Source: Candidatus Atabeyarchaeum deiterrae (lineage in GTDB: Archaea; Asgardarchaeota; Atabeyarchaeia; Atabeyarchaeales; Atabeyarchaeaceae). Taken from it: 64,000 bases of DNA. The stretch covers positions 1,824,001 to 1,888,000 of the forward strand of contig CP147780.1 in the NCBI GenBank assembly GCA_037310415.1, written 5' to 3'. Positions 10,221 to 20,601 of the stretch are shown here, piece after piece; the first letter of the stretch is position 1, and every line of letters starts with the position of its first letter. The position numbers and the translations under genes were made by a program. The notes under the pieces are model-generated. The model was not told the origin of the DNA, did no database searches, and was given only the letters and a program-made list of their open reading frames with translations.

Positions 10221-11650
10221 TATTCCGCGCCTCCGAACTGCACTTCACTCAGCAAGAGGTGCGGTCCTCCTATTCCAACAGGAAGTGGGAACTGCTCGAA
10301 TTTGCCACAGCCACCAAAGTAGCTGCTCCATATGAGAAGCTCCTTTGTTGCACCTTCAATATGGCTTAGAAAAGACAATATTGAACCTGAGAGTGTAACT
10401 CCGCGCAGTGGGTATTTCATCTCGCCATTTTCAACGCAGTATCCCCTAGACGCTGTGAATGTAAAGGTCCCCTCGACGCTCGCTTGCCCGCCGGATGCCC
10501 TGATGGCATAGATCCCATCTTTCAATGACTCCAAGGCTTCCTCTAGAGACAGGTCGCCTGGCGCGAAGTACGTGTTTCTCATTCTGACGATCGGAGGGAA
10601 GTTATAGTCTACCGCCCTTGCGTTCCCAGTTGAATCAGTGTTCATTGCGGACGCTGTCTCTCGGCTATGCAAATAACCGAGCAGCTTTCCCCTATCCATT
10701 ATCACAACTTTCCTCGTTTTGACTCCCTGGTCATCAACAGGTACCCAAAACCCGTTCTTTCCGTCTTGCTGCGGGGTCCCTTCATCTATTATTGTTGCAT
10801 TCTCAGACCCCAGTTGCTCTCCAAGTTTTCCCTTGAGGGCTGACATCCCAGACGTTATGAAATCTGCCTCGGTCCAGTGACCGAAGCTCTCGTGCGCAAG
10901 TACTCCCACTAACATGTTCTCACACAGAGCTCTGTGCTTGCCTGCCGGAGCTGGCTTTGCCTCGAGCTTCTCCGCCGCCCATTTACCAGCATTCTCCCCT
11001 AGCGTCTCAGGAGTATGACCTTCTGTTTCGAACCCTTCAAGCCCGAAGCTGCCGCCGAACCAATCCATTCCATCACCAAGTATGCTTCCCCTGCCAGAAA
11101 CTACGTAGACTAGGATATCAACGACTATGGGAGACCACGAACTCTCGCTTCCACTGCTGTCGACGAAGCATCTCTCACCGTACAGTTCGTGGTATGCTGC
11201 ACTGATCGATGCTATTTCTTTTCCGTGTTCTTGGGAGCTTTCGATTGTACGCATGACAAGGTCTTTCTTGAGTTCCAAAGAGGTATCTTTAGGATGTTTC
11301 TTTACTTCTAACTTCATGTCTTTCTGATTGAAATCAGGAGTATCGGCAAGTCTCAGCTTCTCTCTGGATGCCAGACTAGTCGCCTTGGCGATTCTAAAGG
11401 CTCTGCTGGCGGCCTCACTTACAGCTGTCTTTGACAGATCCACAGTGTAAGAGTAGCCAATGGCGCCCCGATAGAAAGCGTCTATTCCGATGCCTGTCCT
11501 TCGTACAGACGTCACGTCTCTGACTGCCTTGTTCTCCGCAGTAATAGTGCGAACGAATTGATCCTCGAATCTGGCCTGCACGAATTCGCTGCCCAAAGCT
11601 TCAGCCTTTTTGACACCATGCTCTAGTAGGTCAGACAAACCAACCACCAC
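10220..11650 (-). CDS. tldD: TldD family metalloprotease
   Basis: HESFGH zinc motif, DDQGV, STGNAR, RMRNTY, GCGK..Q..PVGIGGPH. Confidence 0.93.
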   Translation of the reverse strand: MVVGLSDLLEHGVKKAEALGSEFVQARFEDQFVRTITAENKAVRDVTSVRRTGIGIDAFYRGAIGYSYTVDLSKTAVSEAASRAFRIAKATSLASREKLRLADTPDFNQKDMKLEVKKHPKDTSLELKKDLVMRTIESSQEHGKEIASISAAYHELYGERCFVDSSGSESSWSPIVVDILVYVVSGRGSILGDGMDWFGGSFGLEGFETEGHTPETLGENAGKWAAEKLEAKPAPAGKHRALCENMLVGVLAHESFGHWTEADFITSGMSALKGKLGEQLGSENATIIDEGTPQQDGKNGFWVPVDDQGVKTRKVVIMDRGKLLGYLHSRETASAMNTDSTGNARAVDYNFPPIVRMRNTYFAPGDLSLEEALESLKDGIYAIRASGGQASVEGTFTFTASRGYCVENGEMKYPLRGVTLSGSILSFLSHIEGATKELLIWSSYFGGCGKFEQFPLPVGIGGPHLLLSEVQFGGAE

Positions 11651-11903
11651 GTTGGAGTTGAATGAGGGAATGGATTCTTATAGGTTTCTTATCTGAGGGC
11701 CTGGGAAAAATGGCTATTTCTCAGAAGAAGTGAACTCCGTTGGGCCTTTGAGCTTGCTCGGTGACCCCAGCTCATTCCGCTCTTGTTCTTGAGCTGATGT
11801 CGCAAAAAGAAGTCGACAAGATAACCCAAAAATAGAATAAAGAATGCAGATACACAAACTGCATCCCGCAGGTTAACCTCTTCACTGATCTTCAAGTTCT
11901 TTC

Positions 11904-12638
11904 CTAGTCAAGTTTCTCGAATTCTGTCTTTGCCGCTCCGCACACGGGACAAACCCAGTCGTCCGGCAGATTCTCGAATGGCGTTCCGGGCTTTACTCCT
12001 GAGTCGGGGTCGCCTTGTGCCGGGTCATAAATGTACCCGCAAACGGAGCACTTGTACTTGGACATCTTCGGCTGAGCAGCCGCCTTAGCCGGTTTAGCAG
12101 CAGGTGCTTTCTTCGACATACCTTTAGCCTCCTCTTTTATGTATGTTGCAGCAGTCTTGGGTGTAAGTCCTTTTTTCACTTGATGGTAATAATCATAAGT
12201 CATTGGTTCTGCGTCGGATTTAAGAATATCGGCATCGACCACTTTTCCAAGGAAGACAGTATGAGTGCCACAGTCAAGGCTCCCGATGACTTGAGCCTCA
12301 AAGTAACCCATGCCATAGTCCAAGACTATTGGAGCACCAGTTACGCCAACCCTGTATTTTGCGTTCTTGAACTTGTCTACGTCTCTGCCAGACTTGAAAC
12401 CGAATGTTCCTATGAAAGTCATCGGCGTTTCAGTTGATAGAATCGTCGCGGTGTAGACTTTGCTCGTCTGTATGTAACTGTGAGTCAGGTTTTGTTTGTT
12501 GATACTCGCAACTATCTCTGGTGGCTCGCTTGTCACTTGGAAAAGGCTATTACAGATTTGCCCGTTGAATCTTCCTTCCTTCTTTGAAGAAACAACGAAC
12601 ATTCCGCAACAAATTCTGCGAAAAGTATCAGTATTCAT
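11904..12638 (-). CDS. hrb: Flavin reductase-rubredoxin fusion (high-molecular-weight rubredoxin)
   Basis: Flavin reductase domain ([20 protein letters not shown]) plus C-terminal [18 protein letters not shown]. Confidence 0.9.
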   Translation of the reverse strand: MNTDTFRRICCGMFVVSSKKEGRFNGQICNSLFQVTSEPPEIVASINKQNLTHSYIQTSKVYTATILSTETPMTFIGTFGFKSGRDVDKFKNAKYRVGVTGAPIVLDYGMGYFEAQVIGSLDCGTHTVFLGKVVDADILKSDAEPMTYDYYHQVKKGLTPKTAATYIKEEAKGMSKKAPAAKPAKAAAQPKMSKYKCSVCGYIYDPAQGDPDSGVKPGTPFENLPDDWVCPVCGAAKTEFEKLD

Positions 12639-12794
12639 TCTACCTCTCCTCAGCGATGGTGATAGCACTTTAGCTTGAAGTTGATTTGAGCTGCTAAATA
12701 ATCTTTTCCGTCATGTTAGCGAGAGTCCATCGGACTACTCTTACTGGGTCCGCACTATGCTTATATACAATGTAATATAGCTTTTGACGAGGAG

Positions 12795-13088
12795 ATGGAT
12801 GCAATGAAGCTGACGGTGCGATACTTTACGATACTTCGCAGCATCACAGGGAAGCGTGAAGAGAGAATCGACGCCGACGAGGGCTCTACAATAGAAGACA
12901 TACTTAGAACGCTTGTAAAGAAATATGGAAAGGATTTCGAAAAACTTGTTCATTCGGGAAGGGAACAGAGAGGGCTGAAGATTCTTTTCTTTGTTGACGG
13001 GCGCAATATCGAGGAGATGGAGAGTCTGAAAACTAGGCTTAATGGCGGCAGTGTGGTTGCACTGATGCCTCCGGTTGCTGGCGGTTGA
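12795..13088 (+). CDS. MoaD/ThiS (SAMP-like) ubiquitin-fold sulfur carrier
   Basis: VRYF..LR..TG start and C-terminal PPVAGG. Confidence 0.9.
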   Translation: MDAMKLTVRYFTILRSITGKREERIDADEGSTIEDILRTLVKKYGKDFEKLVHSGREQRGLKILFFVDGRNIEEMESLKTRLNGGSVVALMPPVAGG

Positions 13089-13093
13089 TCGGA

Positions 13094-14038
13094 TCAGCGA
13101 AGCGTGCCAGGGTCGCTGTAGTGAGGCTTCTCTTTGTGAATTCTGTCAATGATTTCTGTCTGGAAAACATCGCTTTTGCTCAAGGGCTTTGAAATGTAGC
13201 CCATTTCTTTCAGCACAGGCACAAATGATAGCGTAGATTTCACATACTCTTCAGGGAGGCTTGCGCAGTATTTCGGTGAAACCTTGAACACTTCTAACAG
13301 AAAGTCTTTGCTCACGATGCCTATTGCCTTTGAAGCCATCCTCGCAGCCTCCTCGGGCTTCTCTCTTATGAGATTGGATGCTTCCTCGTGCAGTAAGAGA
13401 AAGTCTTCCAACATCTTGCTCGAGTTCCTTATCGTTTCAGAAGTTGCCACAATCCCGTAGCTTGGGTTGTAAGGCCACATGACTTCTGGTGGCAAGATCA
13501 TCCTTGCTTTGAGGAAGATAGCACATAAAATGGCGAGTTGAGGTGTGCCGCAGCCACCGTGAACAGTTTTTTCTTCCATTGCTTCCAGTACGAAATCAGT
13601 CCATGGGAAGTTCTTGATCTCTACATCTCCTTGTAGTCCTGCTTGGCTTACTAGTCTGCGAATAATTACATCATGGATTGATCCTTTAGTTGGTGTGCCA
13701 ATAGCTTTTCCCTTGAACTGTCTGAGAACCCCGCTGACTGTTCCGACTTCATTCAATGGGATGAAATCGCTCGTGGCAGTCAGGATCGTGCCTTCGACGT
13801 GTCCGCCAGCAACACACTTGACCGCAAGACCTTTGCTGATTCCGATCATGGTTGGGGGCAACCCAATGTAGGCAATGTCTAATTCTCCTCTAATGAATGC
13901 CTTGATCATCTCTGGACCAGTCCCGAAGATCCTCCAGCTTACGTCAACGTTCATTCGATTCTCAACCCATTCCCCTCCCATGAGGACGAAGGCTGTGTGA
14001 TATGCGGTTGAGAGATGACCGATCCTAAGCTGCTTCAT
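13094..14038 (-). CDS. SsuA/NMT1-THI5-like periplasmic-binding-fold protein without signal peptide
   Basis: LRIGHLST, GELDIAYIGLPP, GKAIGTP..GSIHDV. No hydrophobic N-terminus; no permease or ATPase adjacent. Confidence 0.8.
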   Translation of the reverse strand: MKQLRIGHLSTAYHTAFVLMGGEWVENRMNVDVSWRIFGTGPEMIKAFIRGELDIAYIGLPPTMIGISKGLAVKCVAGGHVEGTILTATSDFIPLNEVGTVSGVLRQFKGKAIGTPTKGSIHDVIIRRLVSQAGLQGDVEIKNFPWTDFVLEAMEEKTVHGGCGTPQLAILCAIFLKARMILPPEVMWPYNPSYGIVATSETIRNSSKMLEDFLLLHEEASNLIREKPEEAARMASKAIGIVSKDFLLEVFKVSPKYCASLPEEYVKSTLSFVPVLKEMGYISKPLSKSDVFQTEIIDRIHKEKPHYSDPGTLR

Positions 14039-14087
14039 TGATGTGAGGCCTCCATTGTGGCCAATGCCATGTTTGTTATGAGTTACC

Positions 14088-15227
14088 CTATTCCCTTAAA
14101 GCTTCCATTACGTTGCTCTTTATGTGGGTGGGGGTAAGAGGGACATCTGGAAGATCCGCATTTCCAGGCCTGGCTATCACATGAACGAAATTCGGACCAC
14201 CTTTGAGGCAATCCTCCAATACGGATAGAATCTCCACTCGGCTAGCAACTTTGGAAACCCTTCTTATGCCAAGACCTATTGCAGTGGTCGCGAGATCAAC
14301 GCCGTGGCTTGTTGCCGTCGCTTGGTTTCCGGTTGATCCATGCACACCGTTGTCTATTTCAAGAATGGTGAGATTACTCGGCTCAGCGATCGCTATCGTG
14401 GAGAGGGTGCCCAAGTTTGTTAATGTGCTACCATCTCCTTCGATCACGGTTACATGTTTCGAAGTGAACAGTGATATCCCTAGTCCTATTGATGAGGCTA
14501 AACCCATGCTTCCAAGCATGTAAAAGTTGGATTTCTGGTTAATTACGGAGTGCAATTCTTTGCATGGGACTCCCAGATTGCATACGACTACTTTTCCTTC
14601 AAGATAGGGAATAGCAGTCTTGAGTATCTCAAGCCTTGTTAGGATCGGTTCAGGGTGTCTCGACCGTTCGATCGTTTGGACATGAGCAGCTTTTCTGTTT
14701 CTGGATTCACCTGTGTTATCACTCGTGGGTACTTCATGTTCCCATATCGAAGGACTAAGTAGAACCGCGCGGACTTCATTATCTTCATATGCCTTGAGAG
14801 CTGCTTCAGCTATGCGGGGGGCATCTTTGCCGTCCTCAATAACGCTGTACTTGATGCCTACAGCCCTGAGTATCTTGGGTAGGTTTTCCCCGAGGGGAAC
14901 TTGAGCCGGAATCTTCTCCTTGTAGACTCCTCTCCAGCTAACTAAGATCAAAAGAGGCAATTGATAAGTTAGGGTCAGAGAGCATAATGCATTCATCATG
15001 TTACCTATTCCAGAGCTTTGAACTAGCATTGCGGGTTTGGCGCCTGCGAAATACGCCCCAGCACAGATTCCAACTCCTTCTTCTTCGCGAGATAATATGA
15101 CATGTCTAAACCTGCGTGCCGTTATTTGGTAAAGACGCTTCACCTTTTCGCATGGAAGCATTGCGAAGAAGTCTATACCTGCTTCTGCTAGTATTTCAAC
15201 TATTGTCTGAGAGATCTCGGAACCCAT
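14088..15227 (-). CDS. comDE: Fused sulfopyruvate decarboxylase ComDE (TPP enzyme; phosphonopyruvate decarboxylase not excluded)
   Basis: Alpha half REEEGVGICAGA, QSSGIGN, AQVPLG; beta half NFYMLGSMG, GDGS..NGVHGSTG. Confidence 0.82.
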   Translation of the reverse strand: MGSEISQTIVEILAEAGIDFFAMLPCEKVKRLYQITARRFRHVILSREEEGVGICAGAYFAGAKPAMLVQSSGIGNMMNALCSLTLTYQLPLLILVSWRGVYKEKIPAQVPLGENLPKILRAVGIKYSVIEDGKDAPRIAEAALKAYEDNEVRAVLLSPSIWEHEVPTSDNTGESRNRKAAHVQTIERSRHPEPILTRLEILKTAIPYLEGKVVVCNLGVPCKELHSVINQKSNFYMLGSMGLASSIGLGISLFTSKHVTVIEGDGSTLTNLGTLSTIAIAEPSNLTILEIDNGVHGSTGNQATATSHGVDLATTAIGLGIRRVSKVASRVEILSVLEDCLKGGPNFVHVIARPGNADLPDVPLTPTHIKSNVMEALRE

Positions 15228-15449
15228 CAGCGAATCCTCCTCTTTCAAGTTCAGCAATAGCGAGTTACTGATCCGCTTTCTGCACCATTCTCCTTTGAGA
15301 CTGTGACCAAGCTAGGTTAGAGTTTCTTGCATATTAATAGAATAGTGCTGGAGTCTCTTTTGATGATTGAGCATGGAATGCGCTCGTCGCCTAGATTGAC
15401 AATAATGCTTAAATTACATCACGCTTAATGGGAGAAGGAGGCGTGAAGT

Positions 15450-16622
15450 ATGGCTCCAAAGAAAGTTCAGGATGTCATTTCGAAGGATTTTGCAAGTTGC
15501 CGTGAGAATGATCCTCTGTCCCGTTGCCTTGAACTCTTTGAAAAAGGCAAACCGCCAGCATTAGTTGTGCTTGATGTCAAGGGCAAGTATAAAGGTGTTT
15601 TGGCTCAGCGGTGGATAACGAGATCTGGACTCGACCCATCCAAAGCCAAGGTCGAGAACCTGATGCGTTCCGCTCCTAAGCTTGCGCCTGAAGACTCACT
15701 AAGTAGGGCGGCTCAGCTCATGATAGAGAGTGAAATAAAGCAGCTTCCAGTTTTCGACAAAGACAAACTTGTGGGTTTCGTTACTGACGAGGATATTGCT
15801 CATGCGGCGGTCATTGACGAATGGGGAAACATGCACGTCAATCAAACTATGACAAAGAAACCCTACGTCGTTGAAGAAGACGAATCTGTCGGAGCTGTTC
15901 TAAGCCTCTTCAGAGAACATGACATATCTCACGCTCCCGTGATGAGCAAAGGAAAGCTAGTCGGGATGGTAAGTGTGATCGATTTCGTGAAACACTTGCT
16001 TAAGCCTCTAGAACGGCCAAGACGAAGCGGCTTCACAGTTGAGAAGTCGAAGATGCTGGGGGGTCTTGTAAAAGACATAATGTCATCACCTGTCGTCACC
16101 GTAACACCTTTCACTACCCTGAGGGATGCAGAAGAAAAAATGCATAAAAGCGGTGTGCACTCACTGGTAGTAATCGAAGAAGGCAAGATCGTAGGCATCG
16201 TAACAAAGAGAGACTTCCTTGAACCATTGGCGCAGACGGAAATGAAGGAGAGAGGTGTGAATGTTCAGTTTGCAAACAAGGAAGTAAGGATAGATGATAT
16301 CGAACGGCAACACATACTAGATGATTTCAAGTCTTTTGCGGAAAGATACCAGAAGTTGGTTGAGCCTGGTACGCTCTTCGTTTATATGAAAACCCATGGA
16401 GCAAACCACAGAGGGGAACAGCTAATTCATACTCGTCTCCAACTGAGAACAAAGACAGGCAATTTCTTCAGCTCCGCTGACGGATATAACGCCGAACAGA
16501 CGTTCCGGGTAGGTTTGGAGCACCTCGAAAGACAGTTGGTCAAAAGCAAGGAGTTCGAAGAGACCAAAGATTTTACTGAGAACTATCTGAGGCGAATAGG
16601 ATGGCCCAATTCAGAACTCTGA
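15450..16622 (+). CDS. 4xCBS protein with C-terminal HPF/RaiA-like domain
   Basis: Four CBS repeats, then a beta-alpha-beta-beta-beta-alpha domain ending FFSSADGYNAEQTFRVGLEHLERQL. Confidence 0.75.
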   Translation: MAPKKVQDVISKDFASCRENDPLSRCLELFEKGKPPALVVLDVKGKYKGVLAQRWITRSGLDPSKAKVENLMRSAPKLAPEDSLSRAAQLMIESEIKQLPVFDKDKLVGFVTDEDIAHAAVIDEWGNMHVNQTMTKKPYVVEEDESVGAVLSLFREHDISHAPVMSKGKLVGMVSVIDFVKHLLKPLERPRRSGFTVEKSKMLGGLVKDIMSSPVVTVTPFTTLRDAEEKMHKSGVHSLVVIEEGKIVGIVTKRDFLEPLAQTEMKERGVNVQFANKEVRIDDIERQHILDDFKSFAERYQKLVEPGTLFVYMKTHGANHRGEQLIHTRLQLRTKTGNFFSSADGYNAEQTFRVGLEHLERQLVKSKEFEETKDFTENYLRRIGWPNSEL

Positions 16623-16897
16623 ATCTCACCACATTCATTTGAACTGCCTTGTTAGATCTTAGACTAGAAGCACAAGTTACTGCTCTTACAGACCTACATT
16701 CTCCTTTTTGACGACCAGCCTCGCGCCAGAGTCTCCCTTCCATGAAGAAGGTGATTTGATGGAAGAAAGGTGCATCTCCTGTTTCTGCCAGATCTGCGTC
16801 AGTTATCTATCTCACGCTTGGTCCCTATCAGCGTAGTCTTTCGGATTACGCGATATGATGAACCTATTTACAGGATAGGAAACGCTTTTCGATAGTC

Positions 16898-17002
16898 GGC
16901 CCCAGAATGCCACACTTTGCCCTTTGTTGGATATCTATGATGACCAATCCAGACATGAGCCTCAACGTCCTCAAGCATGTAGTACTTGAGAACCTGCTCA
17001 GG
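16898..17002 (-). pseudogene. Relic of a glutamate synthase-like class II glutamine amidotransferase
   Basis: A minus-strand frame not in the ORF track reads PEQVLKYYMLEDVEAHVWIGHHRYPTKGKVWHSGA (HxRYPT motif), with no intact surrounding ORF. Confidence 0.65.
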
Positions 17003-17285
17003 ATGTCCTCCTTCGTGACACGTGGTGTATTCTCCCAGACCACCAGCACTAGACTTTCAAGGAGAGTCGCCAACTCCTCGTCGCCGTTTTCTTCAAGTTT
17101 CAGCCGAGCTCGAATCCCTACTATGGCCTAAGTCAGCTCCCCGAAGTTGGGATATGGGCTTTATATGTTTCGAGAGCGTTCTTGCCTTATGATGAAAGAT
17201 GATGGTGGGGTAGAAAATAGTGGTCAAAGACCTGGAGAAGGTCAAGCGGGAACTAGTTCATCAGTTCCCGCTGCACGTGTGCAAA

Positions 17286-18563
17286 TTGCTAAAACAGAAA
17301 GAAGTAATGACACTGCTTCTGTCACTTATCGTGTTGGTGTCGTTGCTCCCAGCAAATTGTAGCTCCTCGGCATTGACAACTGCGGTGGCTCAACAGCCGC
17401 CTATAAAGTTCATACGCACTGTTCAAGTAACGCCAGATGACCAATTCCTGACTGGCAGCTTCGCCCGCATCAATTATGTTCCTGCAACTGATCGTTTTGT
17501 TGTCACATTTGGAACGAAAGCCAGTACACAGACGAATGTAACTCTGGGAGCAGGATACGCCTACAAGGAGTATACCCTAGAAATGCAGGAGACCGGCCGT
17601 ACCGGTCTCCTCGAATGGTACGCCAATTCGAGTGAGGCAGGTGATTCAGGCTCATGCATGGTCAACAACACCTACTATTGTGCATTCGTGTCCCAGAACC
17701 AGGGAAACCCCTATGGCTGGCGCCTAATCAAATACGACGCTGCCAACTGGACGAGACTACAAGAGGCGTACGTTCCGCTTCCAGAACCAAACGAGGGAAA
17801 CACCGATCCAATGGTTGCATACATTAACGGGCAGCTTGACGTAAGTGGCCAGTATAACTCTTCAGGAATATGGCAGGAAGGGAATTCAACTGTTCATCAC
17901 TTCTTCACGGCCAATCTCGAACCGATACGACTGATTAACCTCGCAGATACTCCGCACATTTGTGGGTCCTCCATTGTTTTTGTGGATGACGTCTACTATT
18001 TTGTCTCGGCCAACTCTTACTTTGGCGGTTTGGTGCTAATGAAATACAATAGTGACTGGAACTATCTTGGGATGAAGAACTTGACTCAGCAGGCCCATTG
18101 GTCACAAGGCATGGTGTTTGACGGAGAACGCTTCTATGTCGCTTACTTGGACACCAGCGGGAGAAGTCATCCAACCTTCTTTCCAGTCTACCCGAACGTG
18201 CACCTCGCAGTATTTGACCGCAATTGGAACCTCTTGCACGACGCGATTCTCACAAATTTCCCCTACGGGGGTGACAAGAAGGGAGGAAGACCGTGGGTGA
18301 CGCTCCATGGGAACCTGCTGTACGTATCCTACGATGTGGACACGGTGAATACAACGACGGAAAATGAGGACCTAAAGTGGCAGGCCTATGTGGCTGTTTT
18401 TGAGATATCACAGGTAACGCAAGGAGTACCTTGGCCGTCGTTAATCTTTGCAGCAGGAATCGTGGTTGTTGCCGGTGTAGCAGTTACATATATCTTCCTG
18501 AAGAGACGTGAACGAAGGTCAACCTCCGGATATTCGAAGCATAGAAGATTCTACGACCACTGA
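17286..18563 (+). CDS. Secreted, C-terminally anchored beta-rich (propeller-like) protein
   Basis: Signal peptide, repeated beta-strand units, many NxS/T sequons, C-terminal TM plus basic tail. Start uncertain (17286 or 17307). Confidence 0.75.
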   Translation: MLKQKEVMTLLLSLIVLVSLLPANCSSSALTTAVAQQPPIKFIRTVQVTPDDQFLTGSFARINYVPATDRFVVTFGTKASTQTNVTLGAGYAYKEYTLEMQETGRTGLLEWYANSSEAGDSGSCMVNNTYYCAFVSQNQGNPYGWRLIKYDAANWTRLQEAYVPLPEPNEGNTDPMVAYINGQLDVSGQYNSSGIWQEGNSTVHHFFTANLEPIRLINLADTPHICGSSIVFVDDVYYFVSANSYFGGLVLMKYNSDWNYLGMKNLTQQAHWSQGMVFDGERFYVAYLDTSGRSHPTFFPVYPNVHLAVFDRNWNLLHDAILTNFPYGGDKKGGRPWVTLHGNLLYVSYDVDTVNTTTENEDLKWQAYVAVFEISQVTQGVPWPSLIFAAGIVVVAGVAVTYIFLKRRERRSTSGYSKHRRFYDH

Positions 18564-18761
18564 CAAAATCACCCTGCGGCTTTGAATGTCACTTAGTATA
18601 CAAATATGTGTGGTTATAGACCTACAGCCTTCTTTTTGGCGACCAATGTACGATAAGAATTTCTGTTGGAGTGTGTTGAAGAAAGAGAGATCTGTAAGGA
18701 CACGATTTCGTGGGCACAGGAAAGACTTATTCCTATTGCAGTCTGATTTCACTCGAGTCTT

Positions 18762-19634
18762 TCAATCCTTTTTCAATATTCTTGCCTTGGCTTTCTTCGC
18801 ATCGTCATGAACTGGATCAACGTTGAGCGCCTCATCGTAGCATTTTGTCGCTTCTTGGGTTATTCCAAGCTGCTCGAATGTTGTGCCCATACTGTACCAT
18901 GCGTCTGCATCTCTCGGGTTTATTCTGATTACCGTTTTGAAACATACGATTGCATCTTCAAACCTGCCCAGATCCTGCAGAGTGGCACCTCTATTGTACC
19001 ATGCTTCAAGATAATCCGGAGCTATCTTGATAGCTTCATCGTAGCATGTTATTGCTTCCTCAAGCCTGTCAAGCTGACCGAGAGTCGCGCCTTTGTTGAC
19101 CCATGCGCCAGCGAGTTTGGGGTCTAGTCTGATGGCTTCGTCATAGCATTTTATTGCTTCCTCGAACCTGCCCAGATGCTTCAACGCTAGGCCTTCGTTA
19201 TTCCAAGCCATAGTAAACTTCGGATCTAGCTTGGTCGCTTGCTGATAACAAGTTAGTGCTTCCTCAGCTCTACCACTCTCATAGAGAGCAACACCCTTGT
19301 TGCACCACGCTTCAGCGTGGTTGGAGTTCAGTTCAATTGCTTTTTCGTAGCATTTCAGCGCCTCTTCAATTCTGCTAAGCCCATGGAGAGCCACGCCCTT
19401 ATTCACCCAGGCTTCCACGAGTCTTGGATCGATTTCGGTCGCCTTGTTAAAACACTCAAGTGCATCGTTGGTTTTGCCTAGCCTAATCAGTTTAAGACCC
19501 TTGTTGTACCATTGAGCGGCCTCTTCGTTCTGTTTTGGTTGCGTTGGCAAGGTGCATTGCCTCTTGCATACGTGTCGTGTTCGTTGGCACTTCTTTTCCT
19601 GAAGAATTTCTCCTTTATATAGGTAGCTGCCCAC
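18762..19634 (-). CDS. Tetratricopeptide repeat protein
   Basis: About seven 34-aa AWxNKGxxL..EEAxxCY repeats. True start may be near 19550. Confidence 0.93.
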   Translation of the reverse strand: MGSYLYKGEILQEKKCQRTRHVCKRQCTLPTQPKQNEEAAQWYNKGLKLIRLGKTNDALECFNKATEIDPRLVEAWVNKGVALHGLSRIEEALKCYEKAIELNSNHAEAWCNKGVALYESGRAEEALTCYQQATKLDPKFTMAWNNEGLALKHLGRFEEAIKCYDEAIRLDPKLAGAWVNKGATLGQLDRLEEAITCYDEAIKIAPDYLEAWYNRGATLQDLGRFEDAIVCFKTVIRINPRDADAWYSMGTTFEQLGITQEATKCYDEALNVDPVHDDAKKAKARILKKD

Positions 19635-19753
19635 GTTAAACAGCTGCTTGTTGCGACCAAAAACTTATCATGAATCTGAGCTCATGTTGTGAAGCAAAAG
19701 GGCATAACTATAATGCTTTGAGATTCAGTTTGGTTAAGAAGGTGTTTGTTGAG

Positions 19754-20173
19754 ATGAAGGTTACGACAATACGAGACAAAGTTGTGATTGCCGCGACGCC
19801 TGACGAAGTCTACGATGCTTACATGGACGCAAAGAAGCACGCGGCGTTTACAGGTAGCAAGGCAACCTGCGATCCGAAGATTGGAGGAAAGTTCACGGCT
19901 TGGGATGGATACATTTCAGGAAAGAACCTTGAACTTGAGAAAGGCAAGAAGATTGTTCAAGAGTGGGTCACCACCGATTGGCTTGATGGCTATCTTCCCT
20001 CGAAACTCGAGTTGACTCTCAGTAAAATCAAAGGCGGCACGGAGCTAAGCATGGTACATTCAAACGTGCCAGAAGAGCAAGCTGAGGACATCAAACAAGG
20101 TTGGGTTGACTTCTACTGGGCGCCAATGAAGAAGTATTTCGATAAGCAGTCTGGGCATCAGCGAGGCAAATAG
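19754..20173 (+). CDS. SRPBCC/AHSA1 domain protein
   Basis: ATPDEVYDAY, GGKFTAWDG, KIVQEW, GWVDFYW. Confidence 0.9.
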   Translation: MKVTTIRDKVVIAATPDEVYDAYMDAKKHAAFTGSKATCDPKIGGKFTAWDGYISGKNLELEKGKKIVQEWVTTDWLDGYLPSKLELTLSKIKGGTELSMVHSNVPEEQAEDIKQGWVDFYWAPMKKYFDKQSGHQRGK

Positions 20174-20220
20174 CACAACTGGGCATTCTGCTTACGCAAT
20201 TTGAAAGCGGAGGAAATGGT

Positions 20221-20469
20221 ATGAAATTACATAGCTACGTAGGTGGCATTCTTGTCAAGCTTCTGAGTATCATCATGATAATGATAGGAGTCCTTCTATT
20301 CCTCTATTCAGACTACATATCTCAAGAGACCGGAGTGCCAATTGGGGCATATTGGATTGTATCGTGGATCCTCTTCATCATGGGCTTAATCGTTTTTGCA
20401 GGCGGTGTTGTTGTGCAGAGGCGCGCATTGAAGCGTCTTAGAACCCCAACTCCCCATCCTTCTGCTTAA
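20221..20469 (+). CDS. Small 2-TM membrane protein
   Basis: GGAGG upstream; two hydrophobic helices and a basic tail. Confidence 0.65.
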   Translation: MKLHSYVGGILVKLLSIIMIMIGVLLFLYSDYISQETGVPIGAYWIVSWILFIMGLIVFAGGVVVQRRALKRLRTPTPHPSA

Positions 20470-20601
20470 GGTTAGGCTGTTCGATACGTCTCAAGAGAGA
20501 ACTTGTGACTTCAAAGCAGGGGACCATCCTGAGCTGGACAACGACTCTAAGGTTTATTAGGTTCGGATTCCTTCAGTCAATAGAACAGGTGCTCGAAAGT
20601 C

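Noticed and set aside
12795-13088. Eukaryote-like ubiquitin partnering the RING protein
   Set aside because: The sequence is MoaD/SAMP type (PPVAGG) and lies 7 kb away with no E1 or E2.
16831-16861. Hairpin followed by ATGATGA, possible C/D box sRNA
   Set aside because: No CTGA D box at a suitable distance.
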